Below are positions 1-13,098 of a stretch of DNA of 64,000 bases, one piece after another. The translations under genes were made by a program, and so were the position numbers. Position 1 is the first letter of the stretch. Each line of letters opens with the position of its first letter. The notes under the pieces are model-generated. The model ran no database searches. It was given only the letters and a program-made list of their open reading frames with translations, and was not told where the DNA came from. This DNA is from Pseudomonadales bacterium (GTDB lineage Bacteria > Pseudomonadota > Gammaproteobacteria > Pseudomonadales > UBA7239): NCBI GenBank assembly GCA_041395665.1, contig JAWLAB010000003.1:215285-279284 (forward strand), read 5' to 3'.

Positions 1-1104
1 TGATGTTGAGGCCAGATTCAGCCAATTTTTTCGCACCGAGATCAGCATTGTTGCCTTCAAGACGCACAACCACTGGCACTTTTACGCCCACTTCTTTCAC
101 TGCACCGATGATGCCTTCTGCGATCATGTCGCAACGCACGATGCCGCCAAAAATGTTGACGAATACCGCTTTCACATTGGAATCAGAAAGAATGATTTTG
201 AATGCTTCGGTGACGCGCTCTTTCGTTGCGCCGCCGCCTACATCCAAGAAGTTGGCTGGCTGACCACCGTGCAATTTCACAATGTCCATCGTGCCCATTG
301 CCAAGCCTGCACCATTCACCATACAGCCGATGTTGCCTTCGAGAGCAACATAGTTCAGTTCCCACTGCGCAGCTAAGGCTTCGCGCTCGTCGTCTTGCGT
401 TGGATCGTGCATTTCGCGCAGTTGTGGCTGGCGATACAAAGCGTTGCCGTCAGCAGCGATTTTGGCATCCAAGCAATGCAGGTTGCCTTCTTTGGTGATA
501 ACCAATGGATTGACTTCAATTAACGCCAAATCTTTTTCTTGGAACAATTTTGCCAAACCCAAGAAAATATCAACGAATTGTTTGATTTGTACGCCTTTTA
601 AACCCAGCTGGAAAGCCAGTTCACGACCTTGATAGGGCTGTGCGCCAGTCAAAGGATCAATCACAGCTTTCAGAATTTTTTCTGGTGTTTCGTGCGCCAC
701 TTTTTCAATTTCCACGCCGCCTTCTGTAGACGCCATGAAAACGATGCGGCGAGTGCCGCGATCCAATACCGCGCCGAGATACAGTTCTTTGTCGATATCG
801 GTGCAAGTTTCGATCAGAATTTTATTAACTGGCTGACCGTTTTCATCTGTTTGATAAGTCACTAATCGTTTGCCCAACCAGCGAGCAGCAAACTCTTTAA
901 TTTCGTCTTTGGTTTTCACCAATTTCACACCACCGGCCTTACCACGACCACCGGCATGCACCTGAGCTTTAACAACCCATTCCTTACCACCGATTGTGTC
1001 CGCTGCATTCACTGCTTCTTCAGCAGTGCTAACCGCGTGGCCTTTTGATACGGGCAAGCCGTATTGGGCAAACAGTAACTTGCCCTGATACTCATGAAGG
1101 TTCA
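1..1104 (-). CDS. sucC: Succinyl-CoA synthetase beta subunit, 3' end outside window
   Basis: Absent from the ORF track because it runs off the left edge. The reverse complement from the ATG at 1104-1102 reads [25 protein letters not shown]...[20 protein letters not shown]...[10 protein letters not shown] and stays open to position 1. This is a typical SucC ATP-grasp sequence. Confidence 0.93.
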
Positions 1105-1237
1105 TGTTTTACCGCTCTCTGTGACCCGGCAAAAGCCGGTTTGACGAAAATTGATGGACACAAAGCACTGTGTAGCCATCACCCGAAAAATAACGCGCGC
1201 AGATTCTACACTCTGACAGGTTTCAGCCCAACTGTTT

Positions 1238-3536
<2,299 letters not shown>

Positions 3537-3552
<16 letters not shown>

Positions 3553-5261
3553 ATTTGCTTTTGCTCTGCTTGCAAAATATCAGAGAAAGCATTGGTTGGT
3601 ATTGGTTTTGAAAAGTGGTAGCCCTGATAGATGTCACACTTTCTTCCTGCAAGAAACTGCAACACTTCATGGTTCTCTACACCTTCAGCAATCACTTTCA
3701 TATGCAAGTTATGTGACAAACCAATAATGGCCGATGCAATCACGGCATCATCTTCGTTTTTGGTAAGCTCACGAACAAATGACTGATCAATTTTCAAATA
3801 ATCGATCGGGAATTTTTTCAGGTAGCTCAACGAAGAATAGCCAGTGCCGAAATCATCAATAGATAAGTTGACGCCCATTTCTTTCAATGTTTGCAGCACT
3901 TGTTGGCTGAGTTGCGTATCTTCCATCAGCGTGCCTTCGGTCAACTCCAAGTCCAGCATATGTGGTGGCAAATCTGTATCTGCAAGGACATTCCCAACAG
4001 AAAAAACTAAGTCGGCGCCGCGAAACTGATAAGAGGAAATGTTGACGGAAATTACATGACGTTCGGTGATAAGCCCTTGTTTTAACCAATCCATCCATTG
4101 CTGCGTTGCTGTTCTTAGCACCCATTCACCAACGGGTAAAACTAAGCCAGTCTCTTCAAGTAGATCAATGAACTGCGCTGGAGGCACAAGACCTAGCGTA
4201 GGGTGTCGCCAGCGGATTAACGCTTCTGCACCACGCAATAAACCAGATTCAACATGCACCTGTGGTTGATAAAACAATTCAAACTCACCACGCGCCAAGG
4301 CTTGATACAAGTTCTGTTCTAGCTGATTGCGCGATTGCGATTCGTCGCCCATTTCTGCAATATAAAATTGATATTTATTGCGCCCTAAGCTTTTAGCGCG
4401 ACTCATTGCCGCATCCGCTTTGCGTATCAGCATTTCACCACGGCCATCACAATCGCGCGAAAAAACAATACCAATACTGGAGCCGACATACATTTCGTGG
4501 CGATTGATATTAAAAGGCTTGAGGAGTGATTCAATAATGTTTTGCGCAACAGTGGCCGCTTCGTTACGCGACTCTAAGTCTTCCATCAAAATAACAAATT
4601 CATCACTACCGTATCGAGCAATTAAATCTTGTCTTCGTGTGGCTTTGCGTATGCGATCTGCCGCACTTTGTAACAACATATCACCCGTAGTGTGACCAAA
4701 AGTGTCGTTAATAATTTTGAAGCGGTCTAAATCAATAAACAAAACAGCCAGCAACGAATTATCACGCCGCGCGCGTACCAAGCCTTGTTCCAAGCGATCA
4801 TTCAGTAAAGAACGATTGGCAAGATTGGTGAGTGAATCGTGATAAGCAATATGTGATAAAGCTTGCTCGGCTTGATTGCGTGCTTTACGCGTTTCCACAT
4901 CGCGCAACTCGCGTTCAATCGCAGGAATCAAACGCGCCAATTTGTCTTTCATGATGAAATCTTGCGCGCCGCTGCGCATAGCACTAACAGCCACTGATTC
5001 ATCAATGGTCCCTGACACAATGATGACAGGAATATCCATGCCCGATTTTTTGACAATTTTCAGCGCGTCTGCCGAATCAAACCCAGGCAGCGTGTGATCA
5101 GCAATGACCAATTGCCAGTGGTTTTGCTCCAACGCTTTTGTTAACGCTTCACGTGTATCGACACGCTCAAACTGCAACTCGTAGCCGTTTTTATTCAGCT
5201 CACGCACCAACAACAGTGCGTCGTCTTCGCTGTCATCAATAATTAGAACATTCAGATACAT
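3537..5261 (-). CDS. Response-regulator receiver + degenerate GGDEF + EAL protein (c-di-GMP phosphodiesterase-type)
   Basis: N-terminal REC domain (LIIDDSEDD...VIADHTLPG). GGDEF domain with RRQD (RxxD) followed by YGSDEF instead of GGDEF. EAL domain with the GAEALIRW, DDFGTGYSSL and EGVE motifs. Confidence 0.9.
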
Positions 5262-5287
5262 ACAGTCTTCGACTCTCTGTGTTCAAC

Positions 5288-5737
5288 TCAGTTGCTGTTA
5301 ATGGATAAATTCGGCGTGCGATTCACTTCTATCCAATATTTGGCCAAATCATGAATCACCTCAGCAAATTCATCGAAGTTGACCGGTTTTTGTACATAGC
5401 TATTTGCGCCGAGGCTGTAGCCAGCAATGATGTCTGTTTCTTGGCGTGAAGAAGTCATCAGTACAACGGGGTGATAACGCGTACGTGGATCTTGGCGCAC
5501 ACGGCGCAACACATCTAAACCATTGAGTTTAGGTAATTTCATATCCAGCAGAATTAAACTAGGCTGTTCGCGAGTGTCTCGCTCGCTGTATAGCCCACTG
5601 CCAAACAAATAATCTAAGGCCTCAGAACCATCACGGACGACGATAACATCCTGCACCTGCTTACAGCTGCGCAGTGCGCGCAAAGCAAGCAATTCATCGT
5701 CAGCATTGTCTTCAACCAAAAGGATCGTGTTCTGCAT
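5288..5737 (-). CDS. Single-domain CheY-like response regulator
   Basis: Reads LLVEDNADDELLALRAL...LILLDMKLPKLNGLDVLRRVR...VVLMTSS...GANSYVQKP. A REC domain only, with no output domain. Confidence 0.9.
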   Translation of the reverse strand: MQNTILLVEDNADDELLALRALRSCKQVQDVIVVRDGSEALDYLFGSGLYSERDTREQPSLILLDMKLPKLNGLDVLRRVRQDPRTRYHPVVLMTSSRQETDIIAGYSLGANSYVQKPVNFDEFAEVIHDLAKYWIEVNRTPNLSINSN

Positions 5738-5815
5738 AGCGACGGCATACCTATCATTATTGTCTATTTATGTTTACAGCATTGTGCTGTTCGAGCTAGC
5801 CACTGGCAATAGCTT

Positions 5816-7735
5816 TCAGCTCAATACGGCACCCACTTGTGTGGCATCCATCACATTAATCATCGTTTCATTCGTCAAGGACCAATCGCCGCGCATCCAA
5901 TTACCGCCGTCTGGATCTTTGAGTACCGTGCCAACACCGCCTGGGTACTTCACTGTCAGAGAGCTGTCGCCTTGAAAAGCGGCTGCAGGCGGTAAATCCA
6001 TGGCTTCCAGTGCTTGAATAATGCGTGGTGCATCGCAAGAAAAATGATGAATTTCTGTTGAAGGATTGCCTTTGCGCGGGCACAAGGCTTTATCTAAATC
6101 CAACATCCAATCTACACGCTGGTGCAAGGCGGCGCTTGCACCATGCTCCACTAGCCACTCGTTAATTGCCTCACGAATGAGCGCGAAGCTGAGATCAATA
6201 TCATCAAACAATGCCACATAAAGCTCGGCACGATTTTCGTAAATTTTTAGTTTTTCATGCACAGTCAATTCATTCACAGGCGATGTGGTAATGATGTGAC
6301 CAAAATGTTTTAGCAAATGTTTCAAAATAGCGCGCATCAATGGCGAGGCAGGAATACTCGCTTCTAATGCTAAATAACGAATAGTGAATGGCAATAAAGT
6401 GCCATGTACTAACACCATGTGTGCAGCAATCAAGAAGTAACCTTCTAGCCCTTCTTCCACACTAAAAGTGTGGCAGCCAATCACATACTCGCCTTTTGCG
6501 CGACCATAACCAGCCACTGGCACGGCTTCGATTTCATACTCAAAACGCTTTTCGTAAAACTCTGTGCCAGGCAATAAGTTGTAAGTAAAAATATTTACAT
6601 TTGGAAAAGTGGCAATCAACTTATCGAGATTGCGCTCGAAATCCGCCAAATTATCGCCGGGCAATCCCCAAATTAATTCTGCAGCAATCGGCACACCCGC
6701 TTCTGCCATCGCCTTAGCAATTGGCTCGTACTCATTCGCCGCCATGTTTTTGCGATTGGATAATTCAAGCGCCAAAGGCGTTAAGGTTTGCAAGGCCAAT
6801 TGATAATGAGGCAACAAGCCGTGTTGATTGAGCATCAGCACAATTTCTTGCACGCGCGGGTTGTGTTTCTTAGACCAAGATGTTGCAAAAGTTGAAGGCA
6901 AGCCTGTTTTATCTTTCAACTCACAGACAATGCGGGTTTTTTCGATATCTTCTTTCAGCGCACCAAAATTGGAATCTGCAAGCCAGATATTGGCGATACC
7001 AGCGTTAACGATTTTTTCCCAATCGCTACGCGTGCGCTCTAAAGGGAATTGATAAATCTTGGTGCCCAACATGCCTGTGCCCCACTCACAGAACGAGCAC
7101 TTGAACGGACAGCCTCGACTGGTTTCATACGCCACAGATTCGTACAGCGGTTTCCCTTCATCATCCGTTAATGGAATAACCTCCAATGCAGAAGGAAAAA
7201 CAGAGAGATCGGTGGTGCGCGCGCGCGTGGCATTCTTAACGATTGCGCCGTCCTCAACGAAAGCCAAGCCATCAATACTGCGCCAATTTTTAAGATGTGC
7301 GCTGTCTAACCAATCGACAAAAGTAAATTCACCTTCACCCATGGCGATAGCATCGACAGGATCAATCAACAAATAATCTTCCACTTGTTGCACATGCGGC
7401 CCACCGAGAATAATCCAAATTGCCGGGCAGCTTTGGCGTATGCGTTTAATGAGGTTAATAAACTCGGCGGCATTCCATGTATAAACACTAAAGCCGACAA
7501 CAGGTTGTAAGCCTTGCGACAGAGCTTGTTCCGCCAGAGGTAAACACTGCTTGAGCCACTGTTCTTGAAACCAAGGTTCGATATTTTCCCGCACTAAAAA
7601 ATGTACTAGCTCAATATCCGTACTTTCTGCTGTCTTACCGTATTTTTGAAAGCAGGCTTTCAAACCGCCCGTTGTCATCGGTGCGGCAGAAAATCGCTCA
7701 CTGTCCATACTAAATAGCCAAACGGGTCTTTTCAT
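5816..7735 (-). CDS. B12-binding-domain radical SAM protein (class B-like), function unknown
   Basis: N-terminal Rossmann-like region (VGFSVYTWN...ILGGPH), then ETSRGCPFKCSFCEWG (CxxxCxxC). There is a roughly 200-aa C-terminal extension with no motif I recognise. Confidence 0.8.
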   Translation of the reverse strand: MKRPVWLFSMDSERFSAAPMTTGGLKACFQKYGKTAESTDIELVHFLVRENIEPWFQEQWLKQCLPLAEQALSQGLQPVVGFSVYTWNAAEFINLIKRIRQSCPAIWIILGGPHVQQVEDYLLIDPVDAIAMGEGEFTFVDWLDSAHLKNWRSIDGLAFVEDGAIVKNATRARTTDLSVFPSALEVIPLTDDEGKPLYESVAYETSRGCPFKCSFCEWGTGMLGTKIYQFPLERTRSDWEKIVNAGIANIWLADSNFGALKEDIEKTRIVCELKDKTGLPSTFATSWSKKHNPRVQEIVLMLNQHGLLPHYQLALQTLTPLALELSNRKNMAANEYEPIAKAMAEAGVPIAAELIWGLPGDNLADFERNLDKLIATFPNVNIFTYNLLPGTEFYEKRFEYEIEAVPVAGYGRAKGEYVIGCHTFSVEEGLEGYFLIAAHMVLVHGTLLPFTIRYLALEASIPASPLMRAILKHLLKHFGHIITTSPVNELTVHEKLKIYENRAELYVALFDDIDLSFALIREAINEWLVEHGASAALHQRVDWMLDLDKALCPRKGNPSTEIHHFSCDAPRIIQALEAMDLPPAAAFQGDSSLTVKYPGGVGTVLKDPDGGNWMRGDWSLTNETMINVMDATQVGAVLS

Positions 7736-7749
7736 ACTTCACCTACTAA

Positions 7750-8742
7750 TTAACTGAGTAACATCCACTCAATGAGCAATGTTTCTAACAACATCCGCGC
7801 ATTGGGGTTAGCTGTGCCTAATATTTTTCGCCGTGCCACCAACAAAGAGTCATAAAACTTTAACAAAGCTGCACGAGGATTACTGCGTGTTTGTTGATGC
7901 ACTAGCGTCAACCACCAATCCAAAATAATCACGGGATCTTGTTTGGCAAGTGATTCTGCAGCAGACAGATAATTCATGTCTCCATTGCGAGCAGCACTCA
8001 AAGTTTCCATAGTTTCTTTGTGCAACACATCATGCTGTTCGTTCGCAGCGTCCAGTGCTTTTAAGGGGGCGTTATGTGTAAAAGATAGAACAACCTGAGC
8101 ACGATCCGCCGAAATCTGCTGCTGTTGTAACCACTGTATTGACTGCTCTTTGCTGGGTGTTGGACAAAACAATGCTTGGCAGCGGCTGCGTAGTGTCGGC
8201 AATAAACGCGAAGGTTGATGCGAAACGAGAATGATGTGCATATCCTCGCCTGGCTCTTCCAGTGTTTTCAGCAGTGCATTGGCGGCATTGTGGTTCATCC
8301 ACTCCGCAGGCTCAATCAAAGCGACGCGCTTGCCATTTTGGTGTGCTGTTTGCACACCAAATTGAATTAAATCACGGATGCAATCAATTTTAATTTGTTT
8401 GCTCGGCACAGCCGTTTTTTTCGTTTTTGATTTTTTAGGTTCGTCATCGCCATCGATTTTATCGAGACCGTAATGATTATCAGCGAGAAAAAAATCCGGA
8501 TGAGAACCGGCCGCAAACATTTGGCAGGCATAACAGCTGCGGCAAGGTAAATGCTGTTGTGGTTTTTCACACAACAGTGAAAGTGCTAGTAATCGCGCCA
8601 AATGCCCTTTCCCGATTCCTGCGGTACCGTGCAGCAACAACGCATGGGGTAGACGCCGCTGTTCATTACGCTCAACCAAGGATTGCCAAAGTGATGCTTG
8701 CCACGGCAATGGCGCCAATGTCAATACAGTATTGCTACTCAT
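7750..8742 (-). CDS. holB: DNA polymerase III delta-prime subunit
   Basis: Contains HALLLHGTAGIGKGHLA and the Zn-module CRSCYACQMFAAGSHPDF. It overlaps the tmk stop by 4 nt, which is canonical tmk-holB synteny. Confidence 0.9.
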   Translation of the reverse strand: MSSNTVLTLAPLPWQASLWQSLVERNEQRRLPHALLLHGTAGIGKGHLARLLALSLLCEKPQQHLPCRSCYACQMFAAGSHPDFFLADNHYGLDKIDGDDEPKKSKTKKTAVPSKQIKIDCIRDLIQFGVQTAHQNGKRVALIEPAEWMNHNAANALLKTLEEPGEDMHIILVSHQPSRLLPTLRSRCQALFCPTPSKEQSIQWLQQQQISADRAQVVLSFTHNAPLKALDAANEQHDVLHKETMETLSAARNGDMNYLSAAESLAKQDPVIILDWWLTLVHQQTRSNPRAALLKFYDSLLVARRKILGTANPNARMLLETLLIEWMLLS

Positions 8743-9383
8743 GAAGATGTGCAGCTCGCAATAAATTCTTGCAAACAGTGAACAATATTTTCCTGCACTG
8801 CCATCAAAGGCTGGCCTGCATCAATAATGCGAAATCTCTCAGGAAACTGTTTTGCGCGTTGGCGATACATAGCGCGCACTGCTTCAAAAAAGCTGTGCTG
8901 TTCGCGTTCAAAGCGATCAATGTGATCACGATTACTCAAGCGTGCCATGCCTGTACTGACATCCACATCCAACAATAATGTTAAATCGGGCTGCAACTCA
9001 CCTTGCACCAGCGTTTCTAATATAAAAATAGTTTCAATAGATAGCTTGCGGCCACCACCTTGGTAAGCGTAAGTGGCATCCGTAAAGCGATCACACAGTA
9101 CCCACTCACCGCGCTGTAATGCCGGCAAAATCACCTGCTGTAAATGTTGTGCGCGCGCAGCAAACATCAATAACAGTTCTGTTTTTTCACAAACAGCTTC
9201 TTCGCGTGGCGCCAACAACAATTGACGCACTTCTTCAGCCAGCGGCGTGCCGCCAGGCTCGCGTGTTTTGATGAAGGGAATAGATTGCGAGTGTAGAAAG
9301 GTTTCAATGCAATGAATATTGGTCGATTTACCAACACCTTCCCCGCCTTCAACAGTAATAAATTTTCCTCTTGCTGTACTCAT
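8739..9383 (-). CDS. tmk: Thymidylate kinase
   Basis: P-loop sequence KFITVEGGEGVGKSTN and TREPGGTPLAE. Synteny with mltG and holB. Confidence 0.93.
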   Translation of the reverse strand: MSTARGKFITVEGGEGVGKSTNIHCIETFLHSQSIPFIKTREPGGTPLAEEVRQLLLAPREEAVCEKTELLLMFAARAQHLQQVILPALQRGEWVLCDRFTDATYAYQGGGRKLSIETIFILETLVQGELQPDLTLLLDVDVSTGMARLSNRDHIDRFEREQHSFFEAVRAMYRQRAKQFPERFRIIDAGQPLMAVQENIVHCLQEFIASCTSS

Positions 9384-10465
9384 GGCGCGGGCTCTTGTTG
9401 CTGTTGCTCTACTGCAGCAGGCGGTGGCAATGAGCGATAGTTGTCGTTTTTACGCAGCTGATATTCGTTTATAGCATTTTGGTGCTGAACCAGCGTCTCT
9501 GAAAAAGTATGCGTGCCATCGCCTTTAGCCACAAAAAATAGCGTATTGCCTTCTGCAGGATGCAGTGCTGCATTGATAGCCGCACGCCCCGGCATGGCGA
9601 TTGGTGTAGGCGGCAAACCGTCAATCACATAAGTATTCCATGGTGAAGGTTCTTTCAAATGACTTCGTTTTAGGTTGCCTGTAAATCCAGCCCCCAAACC
9701 ATAAATGACTGTTGGATCCGTCTGCAGTTTCATGCCCTTCTGCATCCGGCGCACAAAAACCCCAGAAATTTGTTTTCTTTCATGAGCAGCGCCTGTTTCT
9801 TTTTCAATAATACTTGCCATAGTAAGCGCTTCATACGAGGTTTTATAGGGAAGGTTCTGCGCTCTATTTTTCCATTCTTCTTCTAAGATAGATTTCATTC
9901 TGCCGTGAGCAACTCGCAGCACATCTGACACTTTCATACCACTGACAAAGCTGTATGTGTCTGGAAAAAAGTAGCCTTCCGCTTTATTCCTTTCAAAGCC
10001 TAATAGCTTCTTATAATCTTCATCTTTAAGATGAGTGACATCATCAATTAATTTTTTCTGGCTCAGCAGCAACTTCATTGCATCTGAAAATGTACTTCCT
10101 TCAATCAAAGTAACTTGGTACTGAATCACTTTACCAGATGCTAGTTTCTGTAATAGGGCTTCGCCTGTTATTCCCTGTTGCAACTCATATTCCCCTGCAC
10201 GGATATGTGTTTGATTTTTCCAGCGCGCGTAAACCAATAACCATTTAGGATGACGAACGATACCTTTATCAGCTAAACGCATCACTACACTGGTCAGCGT
10301 CTCCCCCTGACCGACCAAAACTGTATGTGTGTCGTTATCCAACTTGATCGGCCTGTATAGCGTACGGTTAACCTCCCAAACACCGTATAAAACCGAGATA
10401 AGAAAAAGAAATACCAAAGTTTGTACAACATAACGCGCAGTAAACTTAGCCATAAAGCCTCGCAT
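9380..10465 (-). CDS. mltG: Endolytic murein transglycosylase (YceG/MltG)
   Basis: N-terminal TM helix and a YceG-like domain containing LTMASIIEKETG. An alternative start is Met5 (10453). Confidence 0.88.
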   Translation of the reverse strand: MRGFMAKFTARYVVQTLVFLFLISVLYGVWEVNRTLYRPIKLDNDTHTVLVGQGETLTSVVMRLADKGIVRHPKWLLVYARWKNQTHIRAGEYELQQGITGEALLQKLASGKVIQYQVTLIEGSTFSDAMKLLLSQKKLIDDVTHLKDEDYKKLLGFERNKAEGYFFPDTYSFVSGMKVSDVLRVAHGRMKSILEEEWKNRAQNLPYKTSYEALTMASIIEKETGAAHERKQISGVFVRRMQKGMKLQTDPTVIYGLGAGFTGNLKRSHLKEPSPWNTYVIDGLPPTPIAMPGRAAINAALHPAEGNTLFFVAKGDGTHTFSETLVQHQNAINEYQLRKNDNYRSLPPPAAVEQQQQEPAP

Positions 10466-11267
10466 AGCCGAGCATAGAAAGTTTTTGCCAAATTTTTGTT
10501 ACCGTCTCTGTATGCAGTGCAATTTTGCTCACACCGATAGATTGCACAGGCACAATGCCAATCACGCTATTACAGAGAAACATTCCCTCTGCATTCAAGC
10601 AGTCTTGTAATGTCAGGCGTGTTTCTTCGACTGCCATGCCGATATCTGCGGCGAGTTGCTGCAAAACAAAAGCACGCATCACGCCTGCAACACCACAGGA
10701 TTTCAAGTTTGGTGTCAGCAATGTGTTTTTTTGCAAAACAAATACATTGCTACTGATGCCCTCAATCACACTACCTTGTGTATCCAACATCAAGCCGTCG
10801 TCATAAAGTGATTTGTTCAGTTCACCTGTCGTCAATACTTGTTCTAAACGACTGAGATGCTTGATGCCTGCCAGTGCAGGATTGTGTGCTACACGCTGAC
10901 GACACAAATGCAAACGCAGGCCTTGTGTAATGCGCTGCTGCGAGAATTGTGGTGCCGGATAAGCCTTAATACTGACGGAGTAATTGGTGTTTGCTGGTGA
11001 ATAGCCACGCTGACCGCCGCTGCGTGCCACAATAATTTTTACGACCGCTAGCGATTGCTGTTTCGCACATTGTTGAAAACTATTTTCGATAGTGGCGATG
11101 TCGCAATCCATGCGTAAACGCTTTGCCGCATCAATCAATCGCGCACGATGGAAAGCCCATAACGGCGCTTTACCATCGACAACCAAGACAGTTTCAAAAA
11201 AACCATCACCGTAAGAAACAGCGCGTTCCCAATTTTGAGGAATAGCCACTGATTGCACGGCTACCAC
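10446..11267 (-). CDS. pabC: Aminodeoxychorismate lyase (class IV aminotransferase fold)
   Basis: GTG start. Reads YGDGFFETVLV..., with fold-type IV PLP features. It occupies the canonical position between fabF and mltG. Confidence 0.75.
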   Translation of the reverse strand: MVAVQSVAIPQNWERAVSYGDGFFETVLVVDGKAPLWAFHRARLIDAAKRLRMDCDIATIENSFQQCAKQQSLAVVKIIVARSGGQRGYSPANTNYSVSIKAYPAPQFSQQRITQGLRLHLCRQRVAHNPALAGIKHLSRLEQVLTTGELNKSLYDDGLMLDTQGSVIEGISSNVFVLQKNTLLTPNLKSCGVAGVMRAFVLQQLAADIGMAVEETRLTLQDCLNAEGMFLCNSVIGIVPVQSIGVSKIALHTETVTKIWQKLSMLGYARLYG

Positions 11268-11277
11268 CAGCTACGCG

Positions 11278-12516
11278 TCAGATTTTTCCGAACAGCAGCG
11301 TGCCATTAGTGCCACCAAAACCAAACGAGTTCGACATCGCGTAGCGAATTGTCATGGTTTGTGGTTGATGCGGCACAAAATTCAAATCACAGCCGTCGTC
11401 TGGATTATCTAAATTGATGGTTGGCGGCGCGACTTGATCGCGAATGGCCAACACAGAAAAAATTGCTTCAATCGCGCCGGCTGCACCCAACAAATGTCCG
11501 GTCATGGATTTAGTTGAACTCACGGCAACTTGCGCAGCGGCATTACCCATCACACTTTTGACTGCGCGACATTCCGCAACATCACCCGCTGGTGTGGAAG
11601 TGCCATGCGCGTTGATGTATTGCAAATCTGCTGCATTAATTTTTGCATCGCGCAATGCATTCATCATGGAACGCGCTGCACCGTTGCCATCTTCTGGTGG
11701 CGAAGTCATGTGATAAGCGTCATCGCTCATACCAAAACCGCACAACTCTGCATAAATTTTTGCACCGCGTTGTTTGGCGCTTTCGTATTCTTCCAACACC
11801 ACAATGCCTGCGCCGTCGGCGAGTACAAAACCGTCGCGGTCTTTATCCCAAGGGCGACTCGCTGCGGCTGGATTGTCATTGCGTGTCGACAACGCACGCG
11901 CTGCGGCAAAGCCACCCAAACCCACGGGTGTGCATGCCATTTCTGCACCACCGGCGACCATCATGTCTGCTTCGCCGAGTGCAATCATGCGTGCAGCCAA
12001 ACCGATGTTATGCGTGCCTGTTGTGCAAGCGGTAGTGACGGCGATATTTGGGCCGCGCAAACCGTATTTGATCGCTAAGTTACCAGAGACCATATTGATG
12101 ATGCTGCCCGGCACAAAAAACGGCGAAATACGACGGGGGCCTTTGGTGTTGATCAAATCGCGGCTTTCTTCAATCGCACCAATACCACCAATACCAGAAC
12201 CAATCGCAGAACCGCAGCGATCCGCATTTTCTTCTGTCACCACAAAACCGCTGTCTTCAACTGCTTGAATGCTGGCGACTAAGCCATACTGAATAAATGC
12301 GTCCATTTTGCGCGCATCTTTCAAGGGCATGTACTGCTCAATATCCAAACCGCGAATATTGCCGGCAAATTGCGTGGTGAACGGCGAAGCATCGAAGTGT
12401 TCAATCGGCGCAATACCACTTTTCGATGCCAACACGCCTTCCCATGTACTAGCGACGGTGTTGCCCAACGGCGTAACCATGCCCAGACCTGTAACTACCA
12501 CTCTTCTGCCTAACAC
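11278..12516 (-). CDS. fabF: 3-oxoacyl-ACP synthase II
   Basis: GTG start with GAGGAA upstream. Contains [34 protein letters not shown] and [12 protein letters not shown]. Confidence 0.95.
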   Translation of the reverse strand: MLGRRVVVTGLGMVTPLGNTVASTWEGVLASKSGIAPIEHFDASPFTTQFAGNIRGLDIEQYMPLKDARKMDAFIQYGLVASIQAVEDSGFVVTEENADRCGSAIGSGIGGIGAIEESRDLINTKGPRRISPFFVPGSIINMVSGNLAIKYGLRGPNIAVTTACTTGTHNIGLAARMIALGEADMMVAGGAEMACTPVGLGGFAAARALSTRNDNPAAASRPWDKDRDGFVLADGAGIVVLEEYESAKQRGAKIYAELCGFGMSDDAYHMTSPPEDGNGAARSMMNALRDAKINAADLQYINAHGTSTPAGDVAECRAVKSVMGNAAAQVAVSSTKSMTGHLLGAAGAIEAIFSVLAIRDQVAPPTINLDNPDDGCDLNFVPHQPQTMTIRYAMSNSFGFGGTNGTLLFGKI

Positions 12517-12545
12517 GCCTAAATTTCCTCGTTATGTCACGACCA

Positions 12546-12618
12546 AAAAGAAAAGCCGCACTGCAAAGTAACGGCTTTTCAATTGATAACAGATGGTGAG
12601 CGAGCCGCTAAACGGCTC
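12546..12618 (-). terminator. acpP-fabF intergenic hairpins (attenuator or partial terminator)
   Basis: On the minus strand just after the acpP stop there is GAGCCG-TTTAG-CGGCTC (12602-12618). Then AAAAGCCG...CGGCTTTT (12551-12579) is followed by CTTTTTGG. Confidence 0.5.
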
Positions 12619-12622
12619 AACC

Positions 12623-12859
12623 TCATTTCAGATGAGTATTGGCGTAGTCAATCGCCAACTGAACAGTTGTAATCTTCTCAGCTTCTTCATCTGGAATCTC
12701 AATATCAAACTCTTCTTCCAGAGCCATGACGAGCTCAACAGTGTCCAGAGAATCTGCGCCCAAATCTTCTACAAAAGAGGCTTCGTTTTTAACATCTTCT
12801 TCTTTAACGCCGAGTTGCTCTGCAACGATCTTCTTAACGCGTTCTTCAATGCTGCTCAT
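12623..12859 (-). CDS. acpP: Acyl carrier protein
   Basis: The internal Met of ORF 12623..12898 gives [51 protein letters not shown] (78 aa, DSLD phosphopantetheine site). Confidence 0.96.
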   Translation of the reverse strand: MSSIEERVKKIVAEQLGVKEEDVKNEASFVEDLGADSLDTVELVMALEEEFDIEIPDEEAEKITTVQLAIDYANTHLK

Positions 12860-13038
12860 GGTTCTAGTTTGCTCCGTAGGGTTTATCAAGATCCGCACTG
12901 TCCTTTTTATTGGGGGTGCCGATTTCGAGCGGCCATTCTACCCGTATTTTTTTTCAAAAGGAAAGACTGTAAATACTTGCAAATATCGTAGTTTTCATGG
13001 CCAAAAAAATTGCTTTCTGTGCCTGCAATCGTAAAGTT

Positions 13039-13068
13039 TTGACATTGCCAGCAGCCCGCAAGGATAAT
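13039..13068 (+). promoter_or_regulatory. Candidate sigma70 promoter for the liv operon
   Basis: TTGACA (13039-13044), an 18-nt spacer, then GATAAT (13063-13068). This lies about 30 nt upstream of the ATG at 13099. Called by sequence pattern only. Confidence 0.35.
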
Positions 13069-13098
13069 CCTGCATCTTGAAAATCAAGGACTTTTCTC

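Noticed and set aside
3-865. Plus-strand ORFs at the left edge (3..263, 226..498, 444..632, 629..865).
   Set aside because: The minus strand here encodes an uninterrupted, clearly recognisable SucC. The plus-strand ORFs are spurious.
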